From Haliotis rufescens (Eukaryota): a stretch of DNA of 64,000 nt. This document shows positions 1 through 11,052 of the stretch, piece after piece. Below the pieces are notes generated by a model. The model was not told the DNA's origin. It did not search any database and saw nothing but the letters and a program-made list of their open reading frames with translations. The position numbers were made by a program, and so were the translations under genes. The stretch spans positions 1,550,001-1,614,000 of the forward strand of contig NW_025964301.1 in the NCBI RefSeq assembly GCF_023055435.1, written 5' to 3'. Every line of letters starts with the position of its first letter. Position 1 is the first letter of the stretch.

Positions 1-1168
1 CCTGGATTGTATGCGGTAGCGTTCATGGCGACAACAGAAGGACATTTGTGGTTGTATCCCCGAGGCTGATCCAGATAGGTGGGGGAAAATCCCGACCCCT
101 CCCCTTTAAAAATGCTGGATCCACCCTTGGAATACAGGAACTACATAAATAAAATAAGTACTTAAAATTTTAGGTAATACTGTCAGGAAATGAGATTCTG
201 AATGGTGGGATAATACTTTTCTGGGCACTACGACTATCACGTTACACCTGTGGAACGATTCTTCGAGCGATACGATGGTATCAGTAGGTTATACGTATCG
301 ATACAACACTAGTGCCAAATTCGCCGTATTATACGTCCTGCTCCAGTAAGTAAATCTGTCAATAATCTTTGTAAGCGCACCCTACTACGTATACTAAGAC
401 CGAAAAGGTAATAACAGTCTGTATTTCATGAGTATATTAGATATATTTACAGAACACGGAATCTTAGAAGTGCTATATAATTACCTGGTTTTGAACTTTT
501 ATAGAAACATTTTTAAGGTTTAATGACGTTTGAGCTAAGATTTTTTCAATGCCGCTCTATCCCTGAATATAAATTTAACTCGTTTTTATGGTTTTAATAA
601 GCGTCCCAGTTTGTCAAATTGTGGGCCAAGTGCTCTTATTAAGGCGAATACGACCAATATATGATGGACATGTCAAATGGTGTGAACATAAAGTATAAAA
701 TGTTATTTTCTGCTTGTAAGTAGAAGCGTCTCAAACGACGTTCTTAATTAATTGTCTCAAATTGACTGAGTATGTTTCAGTTGGTCTATAATTCATTTAA
801 TATTTCTTTAACATGTCAAGTGTCGAATTTACATGAATGGTGTTGTGTCACATATCGCGACTTTACAATTTGACTTTACACGCTAGGTGTCCTGAATAAA
901 TGTGTTGTTATCTGAGAGAGAAACAAATACACCTTCCGAAACAATAACCGAAACATTACCTTTGTCTCCAACAGTCCAAGGCTTCCATTACCGTCTACCT
1001 TGGGCCTAGGTGAGCTTATGAAAAATGAACAAAGTTTAATTTGAAAGATAAACAGATTTAATTAGCGCAAGCACAAAACCAGAAGAGCCAAATATATTGT
1101 CCAAAAAATGTCTAAAATGTAAAGAGCACTGTGATCTAAATAAGACAATGTCACAAGATGTCACTGAT

Positions 1169-2322
1169 TCAAGCGTCCATCTTGCGAGCACGGAACACAC
1201 TCCTGAAGAAGCCGGTCACACGAGATCTGATGGTTCTCACAGTGGACTGGGGCTGTGTGACTTCCTCGTGGAGGTCAATCTCTTCGAAGTGGGAGGCATC
1301 AGGGAGGGTGGGGCTGGTGAGGGACACGGAGGTGGACACGGGGGTAGGGGTGTGGGAGGCGGGCAGTTCAGACAGGGGGTCAAGGATGGTGAAGTATCGG
1401 CACGTAGCACGCTGATAGGAAGGTGGAGAAGAATTGATAGACAGAGATAGAAAGAGGTGGAAGTGTATGTTACAAGCAGCATTGGATGAGTGTTATGCTG
1501 TTAGAGAAATGTGAGAGGAAGACCCAATGAACAGAACTGCCTGTTGTCACTAGCTATCGATAGTACTTATTACCTACCATGGTGTCAAGAATACAAATCT
1601 CAGGCAAAAGTTGTGTTAAAAATACATGCACTTAGATGAAATAAAATAGTCAACAAACATGATGTTATTATTCCCGATTCAACCTACTTGGCGGGGAGGG
1701 GCCCAGATATCAAAGTTCAGGGGGAATCTGATGATCAGATCTACAGGTGCAACAGCAAAGAAGAAAGACATATAAAAAAGTTGTTTTTTTAAATATCCGA
1801 AATTTAGCTTTCAAAACATGCTGTAAATAACGCCGTGAGTGGTGATTTAGTAATGTGTAAAAAATGGCGACATTTACGATGTACCTAATTTTCAGAGGTC
1901 ATTTTCAGTACTTTTGCTTGGCCTCTGTGTGTGTGATGTATTTTGAATTTTATTCGACTTCAAAGTGGGGGTTGAAGAGGAGGGACATATATGTCCCTCT
2001 GGCATTCAGGGGGTTATTTGATCTTTTTTGTTTTCAAAATTTCGCTCGCGAATACTTCGCGGATGATCACTAGCAGTGCTATGCATGGGAACGTTCAATG
2101 CTTTCATTAAACAAAGTCTGAGAAAACCAAAACGGCAACAGCTCCAGCTAAAAAAACTACAAAACACAATCGAAATGTTTTTGAAACTAAACAAATCTGT
2201 TCGAGTTGGGCTACTATCCATTGATTAAAACAAAGAAATAAGGGTATAATGAGACGAAATGTCCGAATCAATGAGACCTAGATACCTTTATCGTACTGGT
2301 TCATATTAGCGTAGGTAGACAT
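1169..2322 (-). CDS. Orphan 110-aa protein, copy 1; exons 2322-2286, 1740-1688, 1411-1169
   Basis: ATG...AAAG|gtatct; ttctttgctgttgcacctgtag|ATCTG...CCAA|gtaggt; ttcttctccaccttcctatcag|CGTGCT...TGA. Phases 1 and 0 match; 37+53+243=333 nt. Protein MSTYANMNQYDKDLIIRFPLNFDIWAPPRQRATCRYFTILDPLSELPASHTPTPVSTSVSLTSPTLPDASHFEEIDLHEEVTQPQSTVRTIRSRVTGFFRSVFRARKMDA. ATTAAA lies ~107 nt past the stop (1062-1057). Confidence 0.78.
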
Positions 2323-3723
2323 GATCCCAATACAACGTAGACAAGTGATGAATACTGAGTGTGACAAGTTCAGTGACAGCAATGGCGATGACCGTTTAGA
2401 TCAAGAGTGAATCGTCGTCAAGGCAACGTCATGAATCTCGCGAGAAAGTAGTAGAATCTCGTAGCCGTCCAGATGAAACACTCTCAACCCTTTGAGCAGA
2501 TGGAGATATCAAACCTGACACATGTCGCATTTATGTACGAACACCAGCATTTATTACTCAAAATAAACTTTATACGACCCCCTTGTCAAAGGGGGGCTAC
2601 TCTAATCCTGTGAGATCGCCGAATGAAGTTACGCCCCCTCGATGTTTCGCAAATGTTGAAAGAGTTTCGACCCCTCCCCTTTAAAAATGCTGGATCCACC
2701 CTTGGAATACAGGAACTACATAAATAAAATTAGTACTTAAAATTTTAGGTAATACCCTCAGGAAATGAGATTCTGAATGGTAGGATAATACTTTTCTGGG
2801 CACTACGACTATCACGTTACACCTGTGGAACGATTCTTCGAGCGATACGATGGTATCAGTAGGTTATACGTATCGATACAACACTAGTGCCAAATTCGCC
2901 ATATTATACGTCCTGCTCCAGTTAGTAAATCTGTAAATAATCTTTGTAAGCGCACCCTACTAAGACCGAAAAGGTAATAACAGTCTGTATTTCATGAGTA
3001 TATTAGATATATTTACAGAACACGGAATCTTAGAAGGGCTATATAATTACTTGGTTTTAAACTATTATAGAAACATTTTTAAGGTTTAATGACGTTTGAG
3101 CTAAGATTTTTTCAATGCCGCTCTATCCCTGAATATAAATTTAACTCGTTTTTATGGTTTTAATAAGCGTCCCAGTTTGTCAAATTGCCGGCCAAGTGCT
3201 CTAATTAAGGCGAATACGGCCAATATATGGTTGACATGTCAAATGGTATGAACATAAAGTATAAAATGTTATTTTCTGCTTGTAAGTAGAAGCGTCTCAA
3301 ACGACGTTCTTAATTAATTGTCTCAAATCGACTGAGTATGTTTCAGTTGGTCTATAATTCATTTAATATTTCTTGTGTCGAATTTACATGTATGGTGTTG
3401 TGTCTTATATCGCGACTTTACAATTTGACTTTACACGCTAGGTGTCCTGAATCAATGTGTTGTTATCTGAGAGAGAAACAAATACACCTTCCGAAACAAT
3501 AACCGAAACATTACCTTTGTCTCCAACAGTCCGAGGCTTCCATTACCGTCTACCTTGGGCCTAGGTGAGCTTATGAAAAATGAACAAAGGTTAATTTGAT
3601 AGATAAACAGATTTAATTAGCGCAAGCACAAAACCAGAAGAGCCAAATATATTGTCCAAAAAATGTCTAAAATATAAAGAGCACTGTGATCTAAATAAGA
3701 CAATGTCACAAGATGTCACTGAT

Positions 3724-4936
3724 TCAAGCGTCCATCTTGCGAGCACGGAACACACTCCTGAAGAAGCCGGTCACACGAGATCTGATGGTTCTCACAGTGG
3801 ACTGGGGCTGTGTGACTTCCTCGTGGAGGTCAATCTCTTCGAAGTGGGAGGCATCAGGGAGGGTGGGGCTGGTGAGGGACACGGAGGTGGACACGGGGGT
3901 AGGGGTGTGGGAGGCGGGCAGTTCAGACAGGGGGTCAAGGATGGTGAAGTATCGGCACGTAGCACGCTGATAGGAAGGTGGAGAAGTATTTATAGACAGA
4001 GATAGAAAGTGGTGGACGTGTATATTACAAGCAGCATTGGATGAGTATTGTGCTGTTAGGGAAATGTGAGAGGAAGACACAATGAACAGAACTGCCTGGT
4101 GTCACTAGCTATCGATAGTACTTATTACGTATGTCAAGAATACAAATCTCAGGCAAACATTGTGTTAAAAATACATGCACTTAGATGAAATAAAATAGTC
4201 AACAAACATGATGTTATTATTCCCGATTCAACCTACTTGGCGGGGAGGGGCCCAGATTTCAAAGTTCAGGGGGAATCTGATGATCAGATCTACAGGTGCA
4301 ACAGCAAAGAAGAAAGACATATAAAAAAGTTATTTTTTAAATATCCGAAATTTAGCTTTCAAAACATGCTGTAAATAACGCCGTGAGTGGTGATTTAGTA
4401 ATGTGTAAAAAATGGCGACATTTACGATGTACCTATTTTCAGAGGTCATTCTCAGTACTTTTGGTGGCCTAAAATGCCAGTTAAAGGTATCACAGAAAAG
4501 GGAATTTCCTACATTATTCAAAACTGTGAAGTGTTTCTGTGTGTGTGTGATGTATTTTGAATTTTATTGGACTTCAAAGTGGGGGTTGAAGAGGAGGGAC
4601 ATATATGTCCCTCTGGCATCCAGGGGGTTATTTGATCTTTTTTGTTTTTAAAATTTCGCTCGCGAATACTTCGCGGATGATCACTAGCAGTTCTATGCAT
4701 GGGAACGTTCAATGCTTTCATGAAACAAAGTCTGAGAAAACCAAAACGGCAACATCGCCAGCTCAAAAAACTACAAAACACAATCGAAATGTTATTGAAA
4801 CTAAACAAATCTGTTCGAGTTGGGCTACTATGCATTGATTAAAACAAAGAAATAAGGGTGTATTGAGACGAAATGTCCGAACCAATGAGACCTAGATACC
4901 TTTATCGTACTGGTTCATATTAGCGTAGGTAGACAT
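3724..4936 (-). CDS. Orphan 110-aa protein, copy 2 (D23E); exons 4936-4900, 4289-4237, 3966-3724
   Basis: Same splice sites and exon lengths as copy 1; ORF intact. Confidence 0.78.
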
Positions 4937-6347
4937 GATCCCAATACAACGTAGACAAGTGATGAATACTGAGTGTGACAAGTTCAGTGACAGCAATGGC
5001 GATGACCGTTTAGATCAAGAGTGAATCGTCGTCAAGGCAACGTCATGAATCTCGCGAGAAAGTAGTAGAATCTCGTAGCCGTCCAGATGAAACCCTCTCA
5101 ACCCTCTGAGCAGATGGAGATATCAAACCTGACACATGTCGCATTTCTGTACGAACACCAGCATTTATTACTCAAAATAAACTTTATACGACCCCCTTGT
5201 CAAAGGGGGGCTACTCTAATCCTGTGAGATCGCCGAATGAAGTTACGCCCCCTCGATGTTTCGCAAATGTTGAAAGAGTTTCGACCCCTCCCCTTTAAAA
5301 ATGCTGGATCCACCCTTGGAATACAGGAACTACATAAATAAAATTAGTACTTAAAATTTTAGGTAATACTGTCAGGAAATGAGATTCTGAATGGTGGGAT
5401 AATACTTTTCTGGGCACTACGACTATCACGTTACACCTGTGGAACGATTCTTCGAGCGATACGATGGTATCAGTAGTTATACGTATCGATACAACACAAG
5501 TGCCAAATTCGCCGTATTATACGTCCTGCTCCAGTTAGTAAATCTGTAAATAATCTTTGTAAGCGCACCCTACTAAGACCGAAAAGGTAATAACAGTCTG
5601 TATTTCATGAGTATATTAGATATATTTACAGAACATGGAATCTTAGAAGGGCTATATAATTACTTGGTTTTGAACTATTATAGATACATTTTTAAGGTTT
5701 AATGACGTTTGAACTAAGATTTTTTCAAAGCCGCTCTATCCCTGAATATAAATTTAACTCGTTTTTATGGTTTTAATAAGCGTCCCACTTTGTCAAATTG
5801 CCGGCCAAGTGCTCTTATTAAGGCGAATACGGCCATTATATGGTGGACATGTCAAATGGTATGAACATAAAGTATAAAATGTTATTTTCTGCTTGTAAGT
5901 AGAAGCGTCTCAAACGACGTTCTTAATTAATTGTCTCAAATTGACTGAGTATGTTTCAGTTGGTCTATAATTCATTTAATATTTCTTTAACATGTCAAGT
6001 GTCGAATTTACATGTATGGTGTTGTGTCACATATCGCGACTTTACAATTTGACTTTACACGCTAGGTGTCCTGAATAAATGTGTTGTTATCTAAGAGAGA
6101 AACAAATACACCACCCGAAATAATAACCGAAACATTACCTTTGTCTCCAACAGTCCGAGGCTTCCATTACCGTCTACCTTGGGCCTAGGCGAGCTTATGA
6201 AAAATGAACAAAGGTTAATTTGATAGATAAACAGATTTAATTAGCGCAAGCACAAAACCAGAAGAGCCAAATATATTGTCCAAAAAATGTCTAAAATATA
6301 AAGAGCACTGTGATCTAAATAAGACAATGTCACAAGATGTCACTGAT

Positions 6348-9300
6348 TCAAGCGTCCATCTTGCGAGCACGGAACACACTCCTGAAGAAGCCGGTCACAC
6401 GAGATCTGATGGTTCTCCCAGTGGACTGGGGCTGTGTGACTTCCTCGTGGAGGTCAATCTCTTCGAAGTGGGAGGCATCAGGGAGGGTGGGGCTGGTGAG
6501 GGACACGGAGGTGGACACGGGGGTAGGGGTGTGGGAGGCGGGCAGTTCAGACAGGGGGTCAAGGATGGTGAAGTATCGGCACGTAGCACGCTGATAGGAA
6601 GGTGGAAAGTATTTATAGACAGAGATAGAAAGTGGTGGACGTGTATGTTACAAGCAGCATTGGATGAGTGTTATGCTGTTAGAGAAATGTGAGAGGAAGA
6701 CACAATGAACAGAACTGCCTGGTGTCACTAGCTATCGATAGTACTTATTACGTATGTCAAGAATACAAATCTCAGGCAAACATTGTGTTAAAAATACATG
6801 CACTTAGATGAAATAAAATAGTCAACAAACATGATGTTATTATTCCCGATTTAACCTACTTGGCGGGGAGGGGCCCAGATATCAAAGTTCAGGGGGAATC
6901 TGATGATCAGATCTACAGGTGCAACAGCAAAGAAGAAAGACATATAAAAAAGTTGTTTTTTTAAATATCCTAAATTTAGCTTTCAAAACATGCTGTAAAT
7001 AACGCCGTGAGTGGTGATTTAGTAATGTGTAAAAAATGGCGACATTTACGATTTACCTAATTTTCAGAGGTCATTTTTAGTACTTTTGCTTGGCCTAAAA
7101 TGCCAGTGAAAGGTATCACAGAATTCCTACATTATGTGTAGGATATGGTCCGAAAAGTCACGAATATTTTTGCACGTGGGGTCAGTTCGAGGCCGTCAGG
7201 CCGAGAACTTGCCCCACGTGCAAAAATAATCGTGACTTTGAGGACTATATCCTACTTAAAACAAAGTCCCATTCAAAATACATGTTAAACTAATGTCCAC
7301 CCAATATGCACGTGCATATATAATGGAGGGTCGTTCTTGTTTATGCTGAATCGATTGAAACTGCGCGCATGAACGCGCTAAAGTTCGAGCAAAACTATTG
7401 GAGGTCTCGTCTAATATGAGCGTGGAAAAGCACGTGCGATTTCTCATTTAGCTTTCAGTCTTTGTACGTGATGAACATTCATTACACGAGCTCGAACCAG
7501 GCAGCAATTAACTCAGATTTTGAAAGACTCATTTATGCTCATATTGAAATACTTGACGTGGCTGTACCAGATTTTGATGTGGGTAAAAGTGATATCTTGG
7601 AATCAGATGAGTTGTCTGGAAATGATACAGATTTGGTGGAACTCTCTCAACACGTAGAAGCAAGTATTCCCCAGGCCATACAAATTCCCGTTGCAACTCA
7701 TAACATTGATGACGCAGATAGTATTTGGAATTCCTAACCGTTTAGCAAGCCTGTGTCAGAGCAAGATCTTCAAAGTCTAAATTGTAATTCGGCTTTTTCT
7801 CAGAACACAGAAAACAAGAGTAGATAGGCCGTCGACGTCTTCCAAGCGCGGGTCAAGGAAAGACAATCCCATGGGTTACGTGATGACGTCGTGTTAAACC
7901 CCGACAGTATTGCTCTTTCGCATCGTGAAACAGATATTAATAAAAAATCTCATGCGTTTCTTGGTGGAAGTACGAAACCTAAACGGCGAAAAATATCGGG
8001 GAAATACGTTATATGAACTGATCGCGATCGCCTCATCGCAATACTATCGCCGAAGATATCCAGATTAACGTTAACGAGTCTCCTTATTTCAAGGGGATGA
8101 GAAACGTCTTGGATGCTCGAAAGAAGTCATTAGCTAAGCAGGGTATTGGCATTTAGAAAAGACAGGCAAATGTTGTTTCTGTCAGAAATCATGGTAGTTT
8201 TATAGTGTTAACACAAATACAGGACTGTTCCTGTATTTGGGGTTTAGTGCCCTTTTGGGATCTGCCGCCTCTGGTCCTGCTATCTCAACTTCGAAAACGT
8301 TGACATCCACTGCCTCTACATCGGCTGAGGCAACGTTGACAGCTACAGCGGTGACCTGTGAAGATCCGGGGTAGTATAGGTCTTCAGCAACCAATGCTTG
8401 CTGTACAAGGCGACTATGCTTGCTGTAAAAGGCGACTATGCTTGTCGTAAAAGGCGGCTAACGGGATCGAGTTGTCAGGATATCAATCACTGGATCGTCT
8501 GGTCTAGACTCGATTATTTTCAGACCGCCGTCATATAGCTGGAATATTGCTGAGTGCGGCGTAAAACAACAAACCAACCAACCAACCTACAGCGGTTCTG
8601 GATGAAACATCAACTCTCGCAGTAACTGAATCAACTACAGCCGAGAGTGCAGCACAAAAATCAATGAAACTCGTATTACCAGATTAGGCAACTTTGCCGT
8701 CGTCTTTCTGAAATAAATTTATTTCTAATTTGTCTCAGTTTCATTTGCCTCAGATGTCGGAAATCATGGTAGTTTTATAGTGTTAACACATATACAGGAC
8801 GCTTCTTGTTTTCGGAGTCAAGCGCCCTTTTTAAATACAGAATTTCAGTTATATCACGACGGCATATTACATTTCAGAAGAAAAGCCTGCAAAACCAGGT
8901 TATGTGTTGCAGGGTAACGTGCGAACGTCGACTGGTACATGCAAACCAATCGGGAGCGTAGTTCCTTAACTGATTGAGCGGGTGCGTTTCTACGTTTTGT
9001 CTATCAAAGATCACAAACACGGTTCGACTGACATGATTGGGTAATGGAGTTCAGAACTATTGGAGGTTGAACATTAGTTGATAACTATTGGAGGGTGAAC
9101 ATAAGTTGATAACTATCAGAGGGTGAACATTAGTTGTTAACTATTGGAGAGTTTATCTGCAATACACCGACTACTGGAGGATTACAGTATGAATGTGCAT
9201 GACCAAGTTCACACAAACATCCATGCGACTTTGTTTTAATCAAAACTATGAAGTGTTTCTGTGTGTGCGATGTATTTTGAATTTTATTCGACTTCAAAGT

Positions 9301-9656
9301 GGGGGTTGAAGAAGAGGGACATATATGTCCCTCTGGCATCCAGGGGGTTATTTGATTTTTTTTGTTTTCAAAATTTCGCTCGCGAATACTTCGCGGATGA
9401 TCACTAGCAGTTCTATGCATGGGAACGTTCAATGCTTTCATGAAACAAAGTCTGAGAAAACCAAAACGGCAACAGATCCAGCTCAAAAAACTACAAAACA
9501 CAATCGAAATGTTATTGAAACTAAACAAATCTGTTCGAATTGGGCTACTATGCATTGATTAAAACAAAGAAATAAGGGTGTAATGAGACGAAATGTCCGA
9601 ACCAATGAGACCTAGATACCTTTATCGTACTGGTTCATATTAGCGTAGGTAGACAT
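6348..9656 (-). CDS. Orphan 110-aa protein, copy 3 (V88G); exons 9656-9620, 6912-6860, 6590-6348; intron 1 enlarged by Crypton insertion
   Basis: Same splice sites and exon lengths; ORF intact. Confidence 0.74.
7136..9239 (+). mobile_element. Decayed, internally deleted Crypton-type (tyrosine-recombinase, DUF3504/ZMYM-QRICH1-like) DNA transposon
   Basis: Absent from other units (empty site cctacattat|tcaaaact) and has no TSD. Broken reading frame ~7470-8180 gives ...MRFLVEVRNLNGEKYRGNTLYELI...PYFKGMRNVLDARKKSLAKQGIGI*KRQANVVS, typical of the region N-terminal to the Crypton YR domain. A 118-nt terminal hairpin lies at 7138-7255. Confidence 0.8.
8353..8586 (+). mobile_element. SINE family B copy nested in the Crypton
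   Basis: gacctgtgaagatccgggg head, (AACC)n tail, 10-bp TSD ctacagcggt (8343-8352 / 8587-8596). Confidence 0.88.
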
Positions 9657-11052
9657 GATCCCAATACAACGTAGACAAGTGATGAATACTGAGTGTGACA
9701 AGTTCAGTGACAGCAATGGCGATGACCGTTTAGATCAAGAGTGAATCGTCGTCAAGGCGACGTCATGAATCTCGCGAGAAAGTAGTAGAATCTCGTAGCC
9801 GTCCAGATGAAACCCTCTCAACCCTCTGAGCAGATGGAGATATCAAACCTGACACATGTCGCATTTATGTACGAACACCAGCATTTATTACTCAAAATAA
9901 ACTTTATACGACCCCCTTGTCAAAGGGGGGCTACTCTAATCCTGTGAGATCGCCGAATGAAGTTACGCCCCCTCGATGTTTCGCAAATGTTGAAAGAGTT
10001 TCGACCTCTCTAAAAAATGCTGGATCCACCCTTGGAATACAGGAACTACATAAATAAAATTAGTACTTAAAATTTTAGGTAATACTGTCAGGAAATGAGA
10101 TTCTGAATGGTGGGATAATACTTTTCTGGGCACTACGACTATCACGTTACACCTGTGGAACGATTCTTCGAGCGATACGATGGTATCAGTAGTTATACGT
10201 ATCGATACAACACAAGTGCCAAATTCGCCATATTATACGTCCTGCTCCAGTTAGTAAATCTGTAAATAATCTTTGCAAGCGCACCCTACTAAGACCGAAA
10301 AGGTAATAACAGTCTGTATTTCATGAGTATATTAGATATATTTACAGAACACGGAATCTTAGAAGGGCTATATAATTATTTGGTTTTGAACTATTATAGA
10401 AACATTTTTAAGGTTTAATGACGTTTGAGCTAAGATTTTTTCAAAGCCGCTCTATCCCTGAATATAAATTTAACTCGTTTTTATGGTTTTAATAAGCGTC
10501 CCACTTTGTCAAATTGCGGGCCAAGTGCTCTTATTAAGGCGAATACGACCAATATATGATGGACATGTCAAATGGTGTGAACATAAAGTATAAAATGTTA
10601 TTTTCTGCTTGTAAGTAGAAGCGTCTCAAACGACGTTCTTAATTAATTGTCTCAAATCGACTGAGTATGTTTCAGTTGGTCTATAATTCATTTAATATTT
10701 CTTGTGTCGAATTTACATGTATGGTGTTGTGTCTTATATCGCGACTTTACAATTTGACTTAACACGCTAGGTGTCCTGAATCAATGTGTTGTTATCTGAG
10801 AGAGAAACAAATACACCTTCCGAAACAATAACCGAAACATTACCTTTGTCTCCAACAGTCCGAGGCTTCCATTACCGTCTACCTTGGGCCTAGGCGAGCT
10901 TATGAAAAATGAACAAAGGTTTAATTTGAAAGATAAACAGATTTAATTAGCGCTCAAACAAAACCAGAAGAGCCAAATATATTGTCCAAAAATGTCTAAA
11001 ATGTAAAGAGCACTGTGATCTAAATAAGACAATGTCACAAGATGTCACTGAT

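Noticed and set aside
1097-1450. Plus-strand ORFs repeated in each unit (MSKKCLK..., MSLIQAS...) and the Pro-rich minus frame
   Set aside because: Antisense or alternative-frame shadows of exon 3. Their ends vary between copies or they lack supporting gene signals, whereas the spliced frame is invariant.
1980-2020. 20-bp palindrome gagggacatatatgtccctc followed by ...ggggtta in each unit
   Set aside because: Looks like the eroded end of a piggyBac-like MITE; no matching other end found, so not called.
3967-4080. Unspliced 118-aa ORF in copy 2
   Set aside because: The upstream part is intron: the other copies have a TAA here, and a strong acceptor precedes 3966.
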